Below, one piece after another: positions 37,577-51,374 of a DNA stretch of 64,000 nt. Below the pieces are notes generated by a model. The model searched no databases, had not been told where the DNA came from, and saw nothing but the letters and a program-made list of their open reading frames with translations. Position 1 is the stretch's first letter. Each line of letters opens with the position of its first letter. The position numbers and the translations under genes were made by a program. The DNA is from Marsupella aquatica. Lineage: Eukaryota > Plantae > Marchantiophyta. The stretch spans positions 22,167,867 through 22,231,866 of the forward strand of contig OZ316894.1 of the NCBI GenBank assembly GCA_973895155.1, in the 5' to 3' direction.

Positions 37577-38818
37577 ACCGCGCGTTAAATCTACACTGCG
37601 TTAATGCTCCCCAATTTTCCTGGGCCCCCGTACACTGCCCGTCCCGATCCCCGATGCTGCTGCCCGTTCCGGCCCGAGTGTGGCAAAACATAAACCAATA
37701 CTCTACCATTTTGTCAGGCGCTCTGGCCCGATCAGTTTTGCGCCATCGACTTTCGGTTTATGTTTTGGCACCCTTCACTTTTTGTAGCCTGATCCACTCG
37801 ATTGACCTTGTGCATGTCAGGACCTTGTGCATGCCAGGACCTTGTGCCTTCAACTTTTTGGAAAGAAGTGTTGCCAAAACATAAACCGTCCACAACTCCA
37901 TAGAGAATTTAAGTATATGGCACAACATAAACCAAGACTCTATCAACTATGAGTCTGAACCAAAGTGCTAGGCTCCACTTAACACTTAGACTCTATTCAA
38001 AAATAGGCATGACTCCATTGGAAAGAAGTGTTACCAGAACATAAACCATAACTCCATAGAGAATAAGTATATGGCACAACGTAAACCAAGACTCTATCAA
38101 CTATGAGTCTGAACCAAAGTGCTAGGCTCCCCTTAACACTTAGACTCTATTCAAAAATAGGCATGACTCCATTGGAAAGAAGTGTTACCAGAACATAAAC
38201 CATAACTCCATAGAGAATAAGTATATGGCACAACGTAAACCAAGACTCTATCAACCATGAGTATGAACCAAAGAGTTAGGCTCCCCTTAACACTTAGACT
38301 CTATTACGAAATAGGCATGGCTCCATTGGAAAGTAGTGTTGCGAGAACATAAACCATAACTCCATAGAGAATAAGTATGTGGCACAACGTAAACGAAGAC
38401 TCTGTCAACCATGAGTCTCAACCAAAGTGTTAGGCTCCCCTTAACACTTAGACTCTATTACGAAATAGGCATGACTCCATTGGAAAAAAGTGTTGCCAGA
38501 ACATAAACCATAACTCCATTGAGAAGAAGCATTTGGCAAAACGTCAACCAAGGCTCTATCAATCATGCCTCTTAACCAAAACACTAGGCTCTTAAAACAT
38601 AACATCAGGCAACAAAAAGTGAAGGGTGCAAAACATAAACCCAAAGTCGATAGCGCAAAATTGATCGGGCCGGAGCGCATGACAAAATGGTAGAGTATTG
38701 GTTTATGTTTTGCCACACTCGGGCCGGAACGGGCAGCAGCATCGGGGACTGGGATGGGCAGTGTAGGGGGCCCAGAAAAATAGGGGAGCATTAACGCAGT
38801 GTAGATTTAACGCGCGGT
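37577..38818. mobile_element. Non-autonomous Mutator-like element (MULE) with ~210-bp TIRs
   Basis: Long TIRs accgcgcgttaaatctacactgcgttaatgctcccc... with the reverse complement at the right end; 9-bp TSD cctattttt at 37568-37576 and 38819-38827. Confidence 0.92.
37858..38580. repeat. Tandem array of 154-bp units (~4.6 copies) inside the MULE
   Basis: Unit starts (ttggaaa..agtgtt) at ~37858, 38018, 38172, 38326 and 38480; spacing is 154 bp after the first unit. Confidence 0.93.
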
Positions 38819-39109
38819 CCTATTTTTGATGTTGAGTCAGCGGGGCGCAAAAGTAAGCGTGAGAACCAACCTTTTATTAATTAACCTTTGAGAGTACAGA
38901 AAGTACTGTACTTTAATCTGGCAGTTGAGATCCCCATTTTTTTGCACGAATCTCTGATTAGAGTATGTAATAATTATGTAAAGAGACTCCAAAAGTTCTA
39001 AGTTCTAAGCGGCTCTTTGTCTGCCCATATTGGACCACATAATTATGATGCTGGAGCAGGCAATCATTGGTTGCGAGTTATGCTTTTTGGCTCAGAGAGT
39101 TAGTCAGTT

Positions 39110-39265
39110 AGGGCTGCCTTTTCACAATTCTATGGCACGGAAGTTGTTCCCCACCAATATAATTATAGCACCCCACGATGCCTTTTGGCTACGGGCTGCC
39201 TTTTTACAATTCTAGGGCAGGGAAGTTCCCCCCGTGCAATATAAATATAGCACCCCACAAACTTT
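39110..39265. repeat. Tandem duplication (~82 bp)
   Basis: gggctgcctttt..acaattcta.ggca..gaagtt...aatata...atagcacccca occurs twice. Confidence 0.6.
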
Positions 39266-41029
39266 TGGCCGCCTTTTGTGGTGTACTAGATCGTTCGCAT
39301 AGATACTCAACCGTTTTGAATATATTGAAGATATTGGCTTTAGGCCATCCACTGTACCAGCTGTTCATGACCTTCAATTCCTTTTTGGTGTGTGTATCAA
39401 AATATGACATATATGACACCCCTCATATCATGATAACCCTAGTTTTTTTTTTTTTCAATCAATGAATGCAACCACATTTCATTTTGATGTGTGATTGTGA
39501 TTACCAGCACGGGTGTGGGGGGGGGGGATTAGTCAAATTCCACCTCCCTGTATTTATAGCCAGAAATACTTAGCCACTTACCAGTGTGACCCCATTAGCC
39601 AGAGTGTGTTGGGTTTTTTTAATCTAGGGAGATCCAAGGGTCATAGTTTAATCTAGGAAAATTAGACCAGCAACATCTTAGCATCTTGTTCTTCATACAA
39701 GGGGACATTTGTCACCCTAGTAGAATTAGTTAAACCTCAACTAGTACCATGGTATGTAGTTTACTCCATTGGGCATTTGAGGTTACACTAGAGTAGGGTT
39801 TTATATCACACTGCCAAAGAACAAGCAAAGCCAAACTGGAAGACACGATCCCAAAGGTAGGGGACCCAATAAAGGGGAGAAAATATAGGGAAACACCAGG
39901 AACAACAAAGAGCCCCAAAAGTCAGATATTCCCCTAACCAAGATTGAACCAAATCCCTACTGAGAAACAAACTGTGAGGAGGGTACCAAGTGAAAAGGAA
40001 TTTGTCTAGAGGGTTTGGTAATTATGAGGAGAATTACACTCAGATGCCTTGGGATTTCTAGGGTGAACAATAGACCAGCACTAAGGGTGGCTTTACAAGA
40101 CATGGGGGCCCATTATCTTATTTTTATTTTCTCTACGAGGAAGTCTGTACTCTAGAATGAGTGGAAACAACCGTAGTTGGTTTTATAAGTACTAGGGGGC
40201 CATTCACATATGGTGGCTCCCTATATATATGTATGGCAAGCAATGTGACGTGCTTGTTTTGTCTAGAATGTTTAGACACCTGCATTGGTGGTCCAAACAT
40301 TTCCAAACTTGGGCTCCTTTACTCAAGGAATCTGCATTTATTGAAGTGCATTTCAAAAACTTTTTGGTATGGAGTCTATGTTCAGAACAAGAAGTGAACC
40401 TTCAATTTTCTTTCGTAAAAAAAAGTCACAAGTGCCCTCTACTTCTGGTAAGCCACCCTAGGTTATACTTTTTCATCACATGTTCCAACTTTCTCCAGGT
40501 ACGCCTGCTTGTGGATTTTTTGGGGCCACTTTAATTCTCCCAATGCTATGGATCTTGCTGTATTTCCTCTTTACTGTTCAAGGTTTACTACAGTAGGTGA
40601 TGTGTAGCTGTGAGGCAGCCCCCTTCAACTGCACCCAAGTACACGAACAGCAGTCTCCAGAGAAAGGTCGGTGCGCTTCTAAGAGGAGAGTATTAAAGGT
40701 GCTAAATTTTTGCTAGCAAGGAAGAGTTTTGCTAGCAAGTCACAACCATGCTTCTTTTATGCCCTTTGATTTTGGCTGACTTTTGTATTTCTTTAAACTC
40801 AATTTTTGGCCTCATCTTTCGGATTCTTATGAAAAAAGGACACCAAATTAAAGATATTTGAAACCAAGTTTTGGCTAGCCATGGACTAAGTTTGCTGGCC
40901 AAGTGATAGATATGCGGGTTATATGAGAAAAGAATATGCTACTGTTAGGATTCTTTTCCCTTCCCTGTTTAATCGGATCGTAATGATACCCTCCTACCTG
41001 AGTATGAAACGAAATTCATATTATATAGC

Positions 41030-42080
41030 TTGACTTCACTCTTTGATGCACATTGAAAGGTGTCAATTGTCTGGACTCCTAGAGAGGAGCAAGTGACAGA
41101 CCCCATCTTATCAATGGTTCTGATGATCCCTGGGAAATGGTGCCACCTCCAATGGCATGCTGGACACGAAGATGGCCTGTTTGGTCCAATGGTAATGATA
41201 CCTTTCCAGAAATTGCCTGAGTCTGCAAAGAATGTAGCTTAAATATCTTGACTTCACTCTTGTTGCTCACTTGAAAGGTGTCAATTGTCTAGACTCCTAC
41301 AGAGGAGGAACTGACAGACCCCTATCTTATCGATGGTTCTGATGGTCCCTCAGGAAGTGGTGCCACCTCCAATGGCATGCTGAACACGAAGATGGGGAAG
41401 ATTCTGAAGAGGAGTATGAAGAGGATGTAGCAAGCTGATGCTGGTGTCGTCAGACCAGTCACGCGAAGGTGATGGAGAGTTTTTAGACACAGTTGCAAAT
41501 GGGACGGACGAGTTTGAAGCAGGAGAGGGTGTTGAACACGGATCAATGGCTCAAGAAGAGTGGGGACCCAGAGGACTAGGCAGATTGAGCTGGTTCTGTG
41601 GCTCCTCAAATTGGAGGACACGAGACGAGGAGGCGGAATTTCTTGATCATGGTACCACATTACCTTAATACCTATTGTGTAAGTCGAGATCTGGACTTTC
41701 TCAAATGCAAATTTCTTCTCAGCAGTGAGACCGGGCACCTTGCTTCATCCCAAGGCGGGTGCTTGATCGTGCTTGACTATCAATTGTGCTTGCTGATGAA
41801 TGTCATGAGCCAGTGCCATGAATGGTCCACAATGGATGAAGTTGTGCTGGCATGTCAAGAAAGTTGACAGACGCAAACGGACGGTGGACATGGAAAGCTG
41901 TGGTTTGCAAGCTGCAAGCACATTCCCCCCTTGAATCTGTTTGCCACGTTGCTGAGGAGATTTGGGAGGGGAGTGTCGTTGCAGCAGTCCAGTACTTTGT
42001 GTCCTGAGCTGCCTCTGCTATCGAGCTCGCCGTGCAGGTGAGGCCAACTGTATACATCTTGCTGGAGCAGGCTGATCAGG
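41030..42080 (+). pseudogene. Possible decayed gene fragment with a ~218-bp tandem duplication at its 5' end
   Basis: ttgacttcactct..tgaaaggtgtcaattgtct...gaagatgg is duplicated at ~41030 and ~41248. Protein-like but stop-interrupted frames follow (acidic EDGEDSEEEYEED; DLDFLKCKFLLS...LWFASCKHIPP). Family not recognised. Confidence 0.3.
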
Positions 42081-45075
42081 AATCAGAGAGTGAAAAACCT
42101 ATTCAGAGTGATGAATTTATTGTGGTTCAATAATGGATCATTTTCTACTAACACTATCCCTCCCCATCTGACTGAATATGAAGGGGATAGCTGTACCCAG
42201 CTACTTGAGGTGATGTGAGCCTCAGACTTTGTTAGAACTGGATTAATATGGAAATTCTCACCAACTTGCTTACGATCTGACCCTCATAGAAACACCAAAA
42301 CAATCAACGTCTGGCACAACTGGATTTGCGACAAACATTATGGAAATTAAGAATAGCATCATGCGATCCTAACAAAATATGGAAGAATAAAAACGGGACA
42401 GGAGATGGAGACAATACCAATTTCAATCAATCCGATTTGCATCATATTACGGTACTATGTCAATTGGAATATCAGAATTATTGTTTGCATGATCATACCT
42501 TAAGTAACAACCTTCAAAGTAAAGAGTTTTTCACGTCACTCTGCCCTAGGATTAACAACAATTGTCCGATCCTTCAACCTTCACACACTGGCTTGCTTGC
42601 CGAGTGGAAGCGATTCGTCTCTTGCAGAGTGGGCTTTGCTTTGATTTTCAGCTTTCTAACAAACTGCCCACAATGCAACCCCAATAAGAGAAGTGGACTT
42701 CGAACGGATCCTGCAATGCAACGACGCTACTCAACCATTCGCAATGTAGATAATCACCTGTGTCAACCTATATTCGTGGGATTTCGAAACTTGATATGAC
42801 TCTACTTAAGTGTATGGATTACACACCATTCTGATGAGATCATGATCATCATCCAGCACTTGACAGTCACGAAACCACGTCAGACCTCGCTCTTTTTGCG
42901 AGAGTTTTCTACTTTTTGATTTCGTTTCCCACTGTTTAACTCTTTGCCAGATATAGGAGTAGTGTTTGATGGGACACGATGTACCTGAGAAACTCTGTCT
43001 TGTGTCGACTTGGCCTTCAAAACAGCACCAGCCAATGATTTTCGAAACGTTGTGAGTCGATGAAGATACTGGTTGTCGGAAGGGGTTGATTATGACTGAA
43101 TTGATCATAACTTTTGTAGCCACTCGATCTGGAGTGCCACTTTATTCCTTCCCGACCATTTTGCACTCATTACATCTCCGCTGTGCATTTATTCTGTAGA
43201 ACGAGCATTACGAACACTGGTCACGTTGGCATTACGAAAGTTCCTTGGCTAGGTCCGAGGGCCATCTCATGGACCGACCTAGACCTTATTGCAACCTCGT
43301 TAGGAGTTTCTTCATAGGACAGAGATTTTTGTGTCAACGTCGTTACAGAGTTCAATACAAGACCATTGAAATGGGTTGTCAAATTGAATGGTTCTGGTTT
43401 CTTCTATTTCTGTTTAGAGATCCCGCGGCCCATTAATTCAGGTTTTCATGGAGTTGAAATTCATCACTTTACATGTTCAATAACTTAAATTTATATCAAT
43501 TCAAGATCTTCCCTGTCAAGGCATTCTGTGTATGTGGGTTGTGCGGCGGACACTGTGGCTATCAGTTCGTTTAATCAGTTCGAAATTATGGAATCGAGCA
43601 CTGGGGCTAAATGCGACGATTATACGCCACGACTAATTAAGATCGAAGATTGGAGGGTAGACCTCTCCACTGAAGGATTGACTGAGGTAGTGCTCAGGTT
43701 ACGTACATCTAGGAAACTGACTCTGACTTGAGTCCGATGTAATTTACCTGAAAAGTTCCACAGACTGGGGCTTAATTTGATCAGGAAGCTGGGTTTCATC
43801 GACCATTTTCTGGTTGATCGTAATTAATCGTATGCGCCAATCATATCTTCTTCAAGATCGCGTTGGAAAACACAAGAATTTAGGACTGGAATTGTCATTA
43901 AAACACTAATCCCCTTGAGCTGCGCTAGTTGCATCTCGATCAAATGTTGATTTCGGAACTGTATGGTCAGTATTACTTACCGGTATCGATCTAAGAAATG
44001 AGTTGAACACGGAAATAATTCGCCGACATATGTTGAAACTCAGCGAAACAAACCTTCTCGTCACTGTCTGGCGTTGCCTCGATAACCTTCAGCTTTTGTG
44101 GCTTTTATGATTGATCGACAATAAGCTGTGCGCTGCAAAGGAGATTCTGGTAAGTTGTGGGTTAATTGCCAAAGACACTGCGAGATTCTCGATCCCTGAA
44201 CTAGGGACTCAGACTCCACTTTGTTACTTGATTGCACATCTAGATTAGTAATTCAAGCGTACTAGATCGTCGAGTGGAGTGGACGCTAGTATCAATGAAG
44301 TTGTGTCCCTATCTACAGCAATTGTCCGATATTTTAATTTGACTTGCGAATAGTCAGATCCGAAGTCAGAATAGTTCATTATTAATGAATTGGGCAAAGT
44401 AATCCATCGACAGAACTTGCAATGAAACCTTCAAGCTCTCCAGCCTGATGATCATGGCCTGGGGCTGCAACGCACCAATGAGATTTCCATGATTGCCATC
44501 CTAGTCGAAGAGCAGATTCGCATGCAAGCTTGGAAATGTTACCCAAGTGAAATGTTTCACATGAGATAGAGATCCCATCCAAGCTTAAAATCCCTACTTC
44601 TCTGGGGAAAACGAATTGGAGAAAGTGGAAAATAGATGAAAGCAAGGATTCTTTTCAAACTCGTAAAATACCCAAACGACTGAGCTGAGCAAAAATGCAA
44701 AGTTTTATACATTGGATTTGAAGTACATTCTTGCGAGTTACAACAGCAGCTTGTTGCAACCAACAACTTAAACTTGCTCCATTGCCACCATTGGACCCAT
44801 ATTTTGTAATGACGCCTATCATTTTCCAAAACCTTGGCCACGGCTACAATTCTGTCAAATTGGTTCTCTGTCAAACTAAGATACCCACATACTGGAGTCT
44901 TAAATGCCCTCATTCCTGTACTCTGGGAGTCGGGTGTAATAGCATGCAGGAATCAACCAAATGATCAGTGGAACACTACAGACAACATAACCACTTTGCA
45001 AAATTGATAGTCTGTTATATGTCCTCATTCCTATTCTCTGGGACTGCAAATGTGATTTTAGCACTGAGAAATCAA

Positions 45076-47201
45076 CTATATAAGGACCAACGCTAAAAAC
45101 AGCATGAACACTGAGACCATAGCCCATTGCAGGTTGATCGGAGAGGAAGGGTTGCCGTGACTACCGATGGTGACTGCATCCATCAAACCTATGATGAGAT
45201 TCTCAAGGTCAGGTTCACTGCAATTGGCGCCCGGAAACGAAGGCTGATTTGAGTTTTTGTAAGCGGTGACACACGTCGCCAAATTGCGGTTGCAGGTCGT
45301 GTTCACATAGTTTGCTGTCACAGAAGAGTCAATCAAGCTGAGACTCCTTCACGCGTTATTACGAACACTTAAATCCTTCATTCTTTCCACAAGTGTTTGG
45401 ATTCAGATCGACATTGTGATACCTTCAAGCACAGAGTCGACTTTCTCTTTGTATATTTGTTTGTCTTGCTTGTACAGGTTAGAAACATCCTATAAAACAC
45501 TTGTAACAATCTTTACGCAACACCCTGTCAAGACAGTGTTTTGGCTTATGATCGCTTAGAGGGCTATTCTGCGGATGATTCTAAGCTAGAACACCCAATA
45601 TGGAGGATGTGAAAACAAACTAAAAACACCAAAGAGATTTTCAAAATCATTTCAGAAACATTGATTTTTTGTGTGCCAGTGATAGTTTACCTCTATTTTA
45701 CTAGGAGCTCTCTCATAACGAATACATCAGCCTAACCTGAGTATGTGTGGTAAAGTTTTGAACAACTAAATTAAAAAATCTCTTAAAAACAATTATTACC
45801 AAGAAAAACTTGGAACCCAGCTATTCATTTACTACTGTAGGTAAAAGAAAATAATGCCACCAAGTGCTTGTATTCACAAGACAATGGTAAAGTTGAAGAA
45901 CGTGTTTTGCTCACCTAGATTTGCTCCAATGCAGCGATCATGAGTTGCACAGCACGTGTCAAGGCCATCGCAAGGTGTCTGGCCACTACAACCTGTGTAG
46001 CCGACTCCGCAGTACTTCCCGTATCTCAAAAAGACCGGATCTACATATCGTGCATGGAGGGACTATTTAGAACTGAACTGAAAATATGACAATTCTTGAA
46101 TGCAATATATCAAAGTCAATACAACTGCCTCAAAGTTTGTCAACTTTTCTTCAATCCGTGAAATTGACATTCCCATGACTCGAGTATCGGAAAAAGACGC
46201 TCGCGCGCAATTACAGTTCCTATTTGCTTACTTCCAATCTAAGATTTAAGCCATTGACCTATCATCATGTTGGTATTTCAGGGGAACAACAAAAGAACTG
46301 AGATTGATAGTGTTACCCGTGACTTGGAGTGTAGCTAGATCAGACCGCACGTCAGTTCACTGACCATCTTTGTTCATAGACCTCTTAAATACCTTAGTTC
46401 ACTTCGGATCCCTTTCATTGTATACTCATCAGTGAATGGGTAAAGTAACTTATAAACGAAATACAATCACCGCATGCTCTCAAGCAGTTGGTGAGGGTGT
46501 TCCTGAAGAAATTGAAGAGGAGGAGGCCGTTCTTTACCTGAGCAGTCCTGAGACTCACATTGCTTACTGCATGTCTGCAAAATTTCCCAAAACGTAAGTT
46601 CTTAATACTCAAATTTGGATCAGTATCAGTTTCAGTAGCCGAGTGAGACAGTAGTGCAAACAGACTTAGTTTCCAAATCTTCACCTCTCTCAATTGATTA
46701 ATTAACTTAGCTGTACTCAATTTAAGGTCCACGGAAGAATTATCATATACTGTAGTTCATCAGAAACGTACTGCACGGGAAAAGTTATCGAACGAATGTC
46801 AATTGTAATCAATTCTCAAACCCATGCGAAACATGCATGAGAAGCTGTCCACCATTCAAACTAGTATAGAATACAAAGAGAAGCCCAACACTTCTCTTAC
46901 TAGGTAAACGACACCTTCTACCCACTTCACAAGAATGCATGTACCGCACCCAAAACTCTAGACCATCTACCTAGACAACGACCCAATGCATGTACCCAAA
47001 ACTCTAGCCCATCCCCCTAGACAACGAACCATACAATTGAATAGTATAACATAAGCATGCAACCCAATGAAATCAACTTACAGAGGGGCTGGAGCTGTTA
47101 ATAAAGAGAGAAAACGCAGGAGTTGCGGATCCCAATAGCAGCACCACCGTCACGACTCCAACAAACATTAAACCCGCAGGACGCCCCAAACCTCCAGCCA
47201 T
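45076..47201 (-). CDS. PLA2: Secretory phospholipase A2 (plant group XI), 4 exons, 173 aa, with a signal peptide and a hydrophobic C-terminal tail
   Basis: Exons 47201-47082, 46574-46538, 46040-45915 and 45314-45076 (GT-AG, phases 0,1,1). Translation: signal peptide [31 protein letters not shown], then [10 protein letters not shown], Ca-loop [14 protein letters not shown] and catalytic [13 protein letters not shown]. Mostly missed by the ORF track. Confidence 0.93.
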
Positions 47202-48121
47202 CTAGCCTCCAAAATTCCTTGTCGCCTGCTACTCTGTTTACACAAACTATTCAATCACTCGCATACAGTCCCGAAATCTTTCAGCTCACAGCAGACCTAC
47301 CGTGACACCTGCTCCCAGCCCAGAATTCAGATTTCCGAAATTAATCCTCGAGTCAGCGCAGACTAAGTCCAGAGATTCGCTCAAAATCTCAAAAGCTTCG
47401 AGCTCAGCTCTAGTCTGCAATAAACACCTCGTACCCTCTCAAAATTCCCCAAAATCCTCGAGCTAAGCTCAAATCACGCGTAAACCTGCCCACCAAAGAA
47501 CCAACCTCTACAGCGATTATGGGCCTTAAATGCCAGGAAGCGTCGATCCTTCCAAGATTTAAGTCCTGACTGTGAAGTGTCTCATGAACAGAATGGGCCA
47601 TTGAGCCATGTGTCTTAGATGGATTGCAGAAATCCAAGAAAAGGGATGAATCCAAAACAAGAACGATCCCATTGTGACTGGGCATGCAGATGACGTGCAG
47701 GTGGCATGCCAAGTCAGCCTAGCTGCCTCAGCTTGACACTTTGGCAAACGGTTGAGTAGGGAGGGTGAAGCAATCCCATTGCATGTGCTGCCCCTAAGGT
47801 TAGGGGCCTTGCTTGTCTCCCACTGACTGGCCAGGGTGCTTTCCTCTTTGTTGGGTCTTCCCTTTTCTAGGTGTTTTTGTAGATTGCATTTGGAGTCTTT
47901 TTATAATTTGCTCTTTTTTATGGTTGCCTTGAAACCTAGAGTATATCCATCCAAGAAAGGAGAGATGATCAACTTTGGAGCATGCAAAACCTGTAGGGTA
48001 GCCAAAACAGGACGATACATGATCCGGGACGGATGTGAACCGGGAGGAAGCTAGAGAGGGTTAAACCAGGGCCCTGGAGCAGACCAACCTGGGACTGAAG
48101 CAAAACCACCCAGTATTCCCA

Positions 48122-48122
<1 letters not shown>

Positions 48123-48152
<30 letters not shown>
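48123..48152. repeat. (CA)n microsatellite
   Basis: About 15 CA units are directly visible. Confidence 0.95.
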
Positions 48153-48153
<1 letters not shown>

Positions 48154-50249
48154 CGCCTTTGCGGCTGGACCGGGCATTGAACTTGGGAACCTCTTGGTTC
48201 TCTGCTAATTCCCTGAGTTGCTTCTTAGTTTTGCTTTTGGGTGTAGGGTCTTCAATGACTTCTTTTGGAAGAGTGTGTCAATTGCGCCACATCAGGCTCA
48301 AGAACTCACTGTTCTTTATTGGGCAGAGGCAGTTGCTTATAGGACCTATAGTTAAAATACCTTTTCTTGATACTCCTATGAGCTCTACCAGGCTTTTCAG
48401 TTTATTCTTCAATAGGGCTTTGGTTCCTGGCTTTGGTTCTTTTGCTGTAAGTTGCCAGGGACTCTCCGCTTTCTGGCTCTTTTGTCTCTCTTGGTGTTTT
48501 CCCTTGTTTCCCCCCTCTATTGGGTTCCTGCCTTGGGGGACTCTCCATCCTGCTATGGCGCTTGTGTTCTTTGGTAGGATATATATATGCTCTTTTATTG
48601 CATTGTACTTTGTTAGGCCCTTGTCATTAAATTGTTCATGTTAGTTAGCATATTATAAAAATGAAGGGCATTTGATACATAGCTGCCATTTCTTTTTTAA
48701 AGGAGGTCCATAATTGTTGTGGCCATGCGTCATGGTACAGTGTACACATGTAGATATCTAATTGATACAGTCACATGTATACTCCTTCAGAGTATGAGGT
48801 CTATAAGTTAAAGTGTTTGATAGAAGATTTGGGTTATTGTGGTTAGGGTAAGGTTTTTTGCCCCATTTATTGAGGGGTTTGGGGTGCATTTTGTTTGAGT
48901 GGGTTTGTTGTTGCTTCCCGTCTACCGGACTGCCCAAAGAGGAAGCACATAGGGCTAAAACCCTGGCAGCTGGATTCAAGCAAGAGAAAATCTAGGCCCT
49001 GCACATATCAACCTATGGCACAAGCTGCCTCAACCCTGACTCAAAGGAGTTTTAGGATTTGACCAGTTTGAGTCGACAGACCCTAACGGTTTTTGAAGTC
49101 TCGACCCTGCCTGCCTCTGGTTACCCCCCTTTCATTCACTACGCTGCATTTTCTAAAGACAAAATCCAGTTCTCCTGGTTGTAAACCTCTTATACAATTT
49201 TCCTTTGTATTCTCAGAAATGGTTATGCGGTATTACCTCAGGGTGAGGCCACGGAACCCTGGGCCAGCCTGGCCTGGGGATTATGAAATTTGAAAATACA
49301 TTTTTTGCTCTTTACATGGTAAGGCACAAGTGGAGCTCTGGTGGCAGATTGTCAATGAAAGTGAGAAAACATTTCAAAAATTCACAAGAGGTTTACACTC
49401 AGTAACCCATCCCCACTTGGGGGTAATGAGGTGTAAACCCATTGGGGATTCCATTCCATTACCCCTTCTTGGTGATTGGTTACCCTACACTTTGTCTGCT
49501 GAGAACTCGCCTTTGAGTTTGCCATACCGTCAAGGATTGTACCACCTGGTGCATTCTTTGAGACTTCAATTATAGCAAGATTCAAAAGAACTAGCCCAAT
49601 TACCCGTTCCTTGAACATAATTAATCTGTGGACCCCCATGTTCATCCAAGGAATGTGTGTTTGATGAAGTGAAATCAATTTTCAACAAGGCGGTAATCGA
49701 TGGTTTTGAGTCTCCCGATGGTCTTGGTGTGTGCTCGTACAAAAGAAAACATCCAAAAGATAGAGGAGATTTATCAACGGAAGGTTGAATATGGAGGAAT
49801 TGAGGGTTTTGACGGTTTTTGCTTACACATTGAAGAAATCGTGTTTCTATCATTCATGATTGATCGTTTGTGAGTTACATTGAGCATTACCGCCACAAGA
49901 CAGACTGAAGGACAACACTTAGCTATTGGCAAAAGAGTGCTTGTCGATTCGGTGGGAAGAACACACAAAACAAATGAGTCATCGCTTCATGAAGGATTTG
50001 TAGCTTTTTTATTTAAGAAAGCTATGGTGTGAGAGGGAGACCAACGATTGTTTCTTTGACATAGAGGCTACATTTGGCGTCAACCTGTGTTCAGAGTGAG
50101 CTAGCTAGCTTCAGTTGAAGACTAGATGAATGCGAACAATTCAAGCCGAGAAGCAGGCATTGTGGACAAGGGATGGCGACGTAATCAAAGAAATCAATTT
50201 TCAACATCTAGGTTTGTGACGGTGATGAGATTGTGATATCTCTTAATCA

Positions 50250-50760
50250 AGAAAGGGTTTCCAATGAGCCTTAGATTGACAAATTATGTCAAGTTCCAAA
50301 TGAGTTTTTGAATTTCTTTGCCTTTCCAATGAGTGTGAGTATAAGAAATATTGATCATGAGCGGGATCATGAGTCCATGAATTCTCCCAACATTGAGTTC
50401 GACATTGACAAATTTTACGTCAGATTTTGCCACGATACTAAATAGATCATAAAGTTTTCAATCTCTCTAGCTTTCTAATGTGTGACATTGAGATTATTCG
50501 TCAAGAATTAGAGAGATCATGAGTATCTGAATTCCTCTAGCTTTCCAATGAACCTAACATTGATAGATTTTGTCAAGTACTAAGCAGATGATGAGTTTTT
50601 AATTTTACTTTAGCTTTCCAATGAGTGTGACATTGAGAAATTTTATCAAGACAATACTAAAGAGGTCACGAGTTTCTAAATCTTGATCTTGAGTTTTCCA
50701 ATGAATCAAACATTGACATATTTTATCAAGTACTAAGGAGATTGATTATTTAGTTTTACA
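50250..50760. repeat. Degenerate tandem array, probably TE subterminal repeats
   Basis: Recurrent ctttccaatga...acattga...tcaag...atgagt units. Confidence 0.6.
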
Positions 50761-51374
50761 ATGTGAAGCCAAAGGGGTTTTAACTATGTACATTTCTATT
50801 GGTTGGTTTTTTCAAGTTTGCAAACAATTAAAAAATACAAGCATTTTGATATAAAACACTGATATATCTTTGACAAACATCAAATGGTAACTTTATTTTA
50901 CTAAATGACATATCTCCCTTTGTATTTTGGTTTTTTTACGTTCAATATTTACGCCATGGCGCCCCAAAAATTACATTGCTTTTGCCACAAACAGGAATGT
51001 GCACGTTTGTTATTGTTAAAAGTAGGATCATTCCTGTTTGTGGCTGGTTGTGGTGATGTGGCGCAACCTCGTGGCAGGGAATTTGCAAGAGACCTCTCAT
51101 GGGGGTCCGTAAATAGATATGAAGAAAACAAATCTTACACAATAAAACTTCTATGCCACTTTTGTTGATCTTTGCCCCATCCTTGTTTTTTGTCAATCCT
51201 CATTTCACTTGTGTCTTTATTTAGAGTCATGGCACTTTTGTCCATCCTCATTTAAAATTTGTCCTTATTGAGACTCATTCTCAATTTTGTCTGTATTGGA
51301 AGTTATGGTTTAGAGGCTTCACTCTATACCTAAGCCCTTAAGAGTAGGCTGTAGTTTGCGCTTTTAAAGTAAGA

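Noticed and set aside
37858-38580. Regularly spaced repeats resembling a CRISPR array
   Set aside because: The whole 154-bp unit repeats with no unique spacers, there are no cas genes, and the context is a eukaryotic MULE.
48159-48644. 161-aa hydrophobic ORF
   Set aside because: T-rich retroelement-UTR-like debris next to a (CA)n tract; non-ATG start and no domain.
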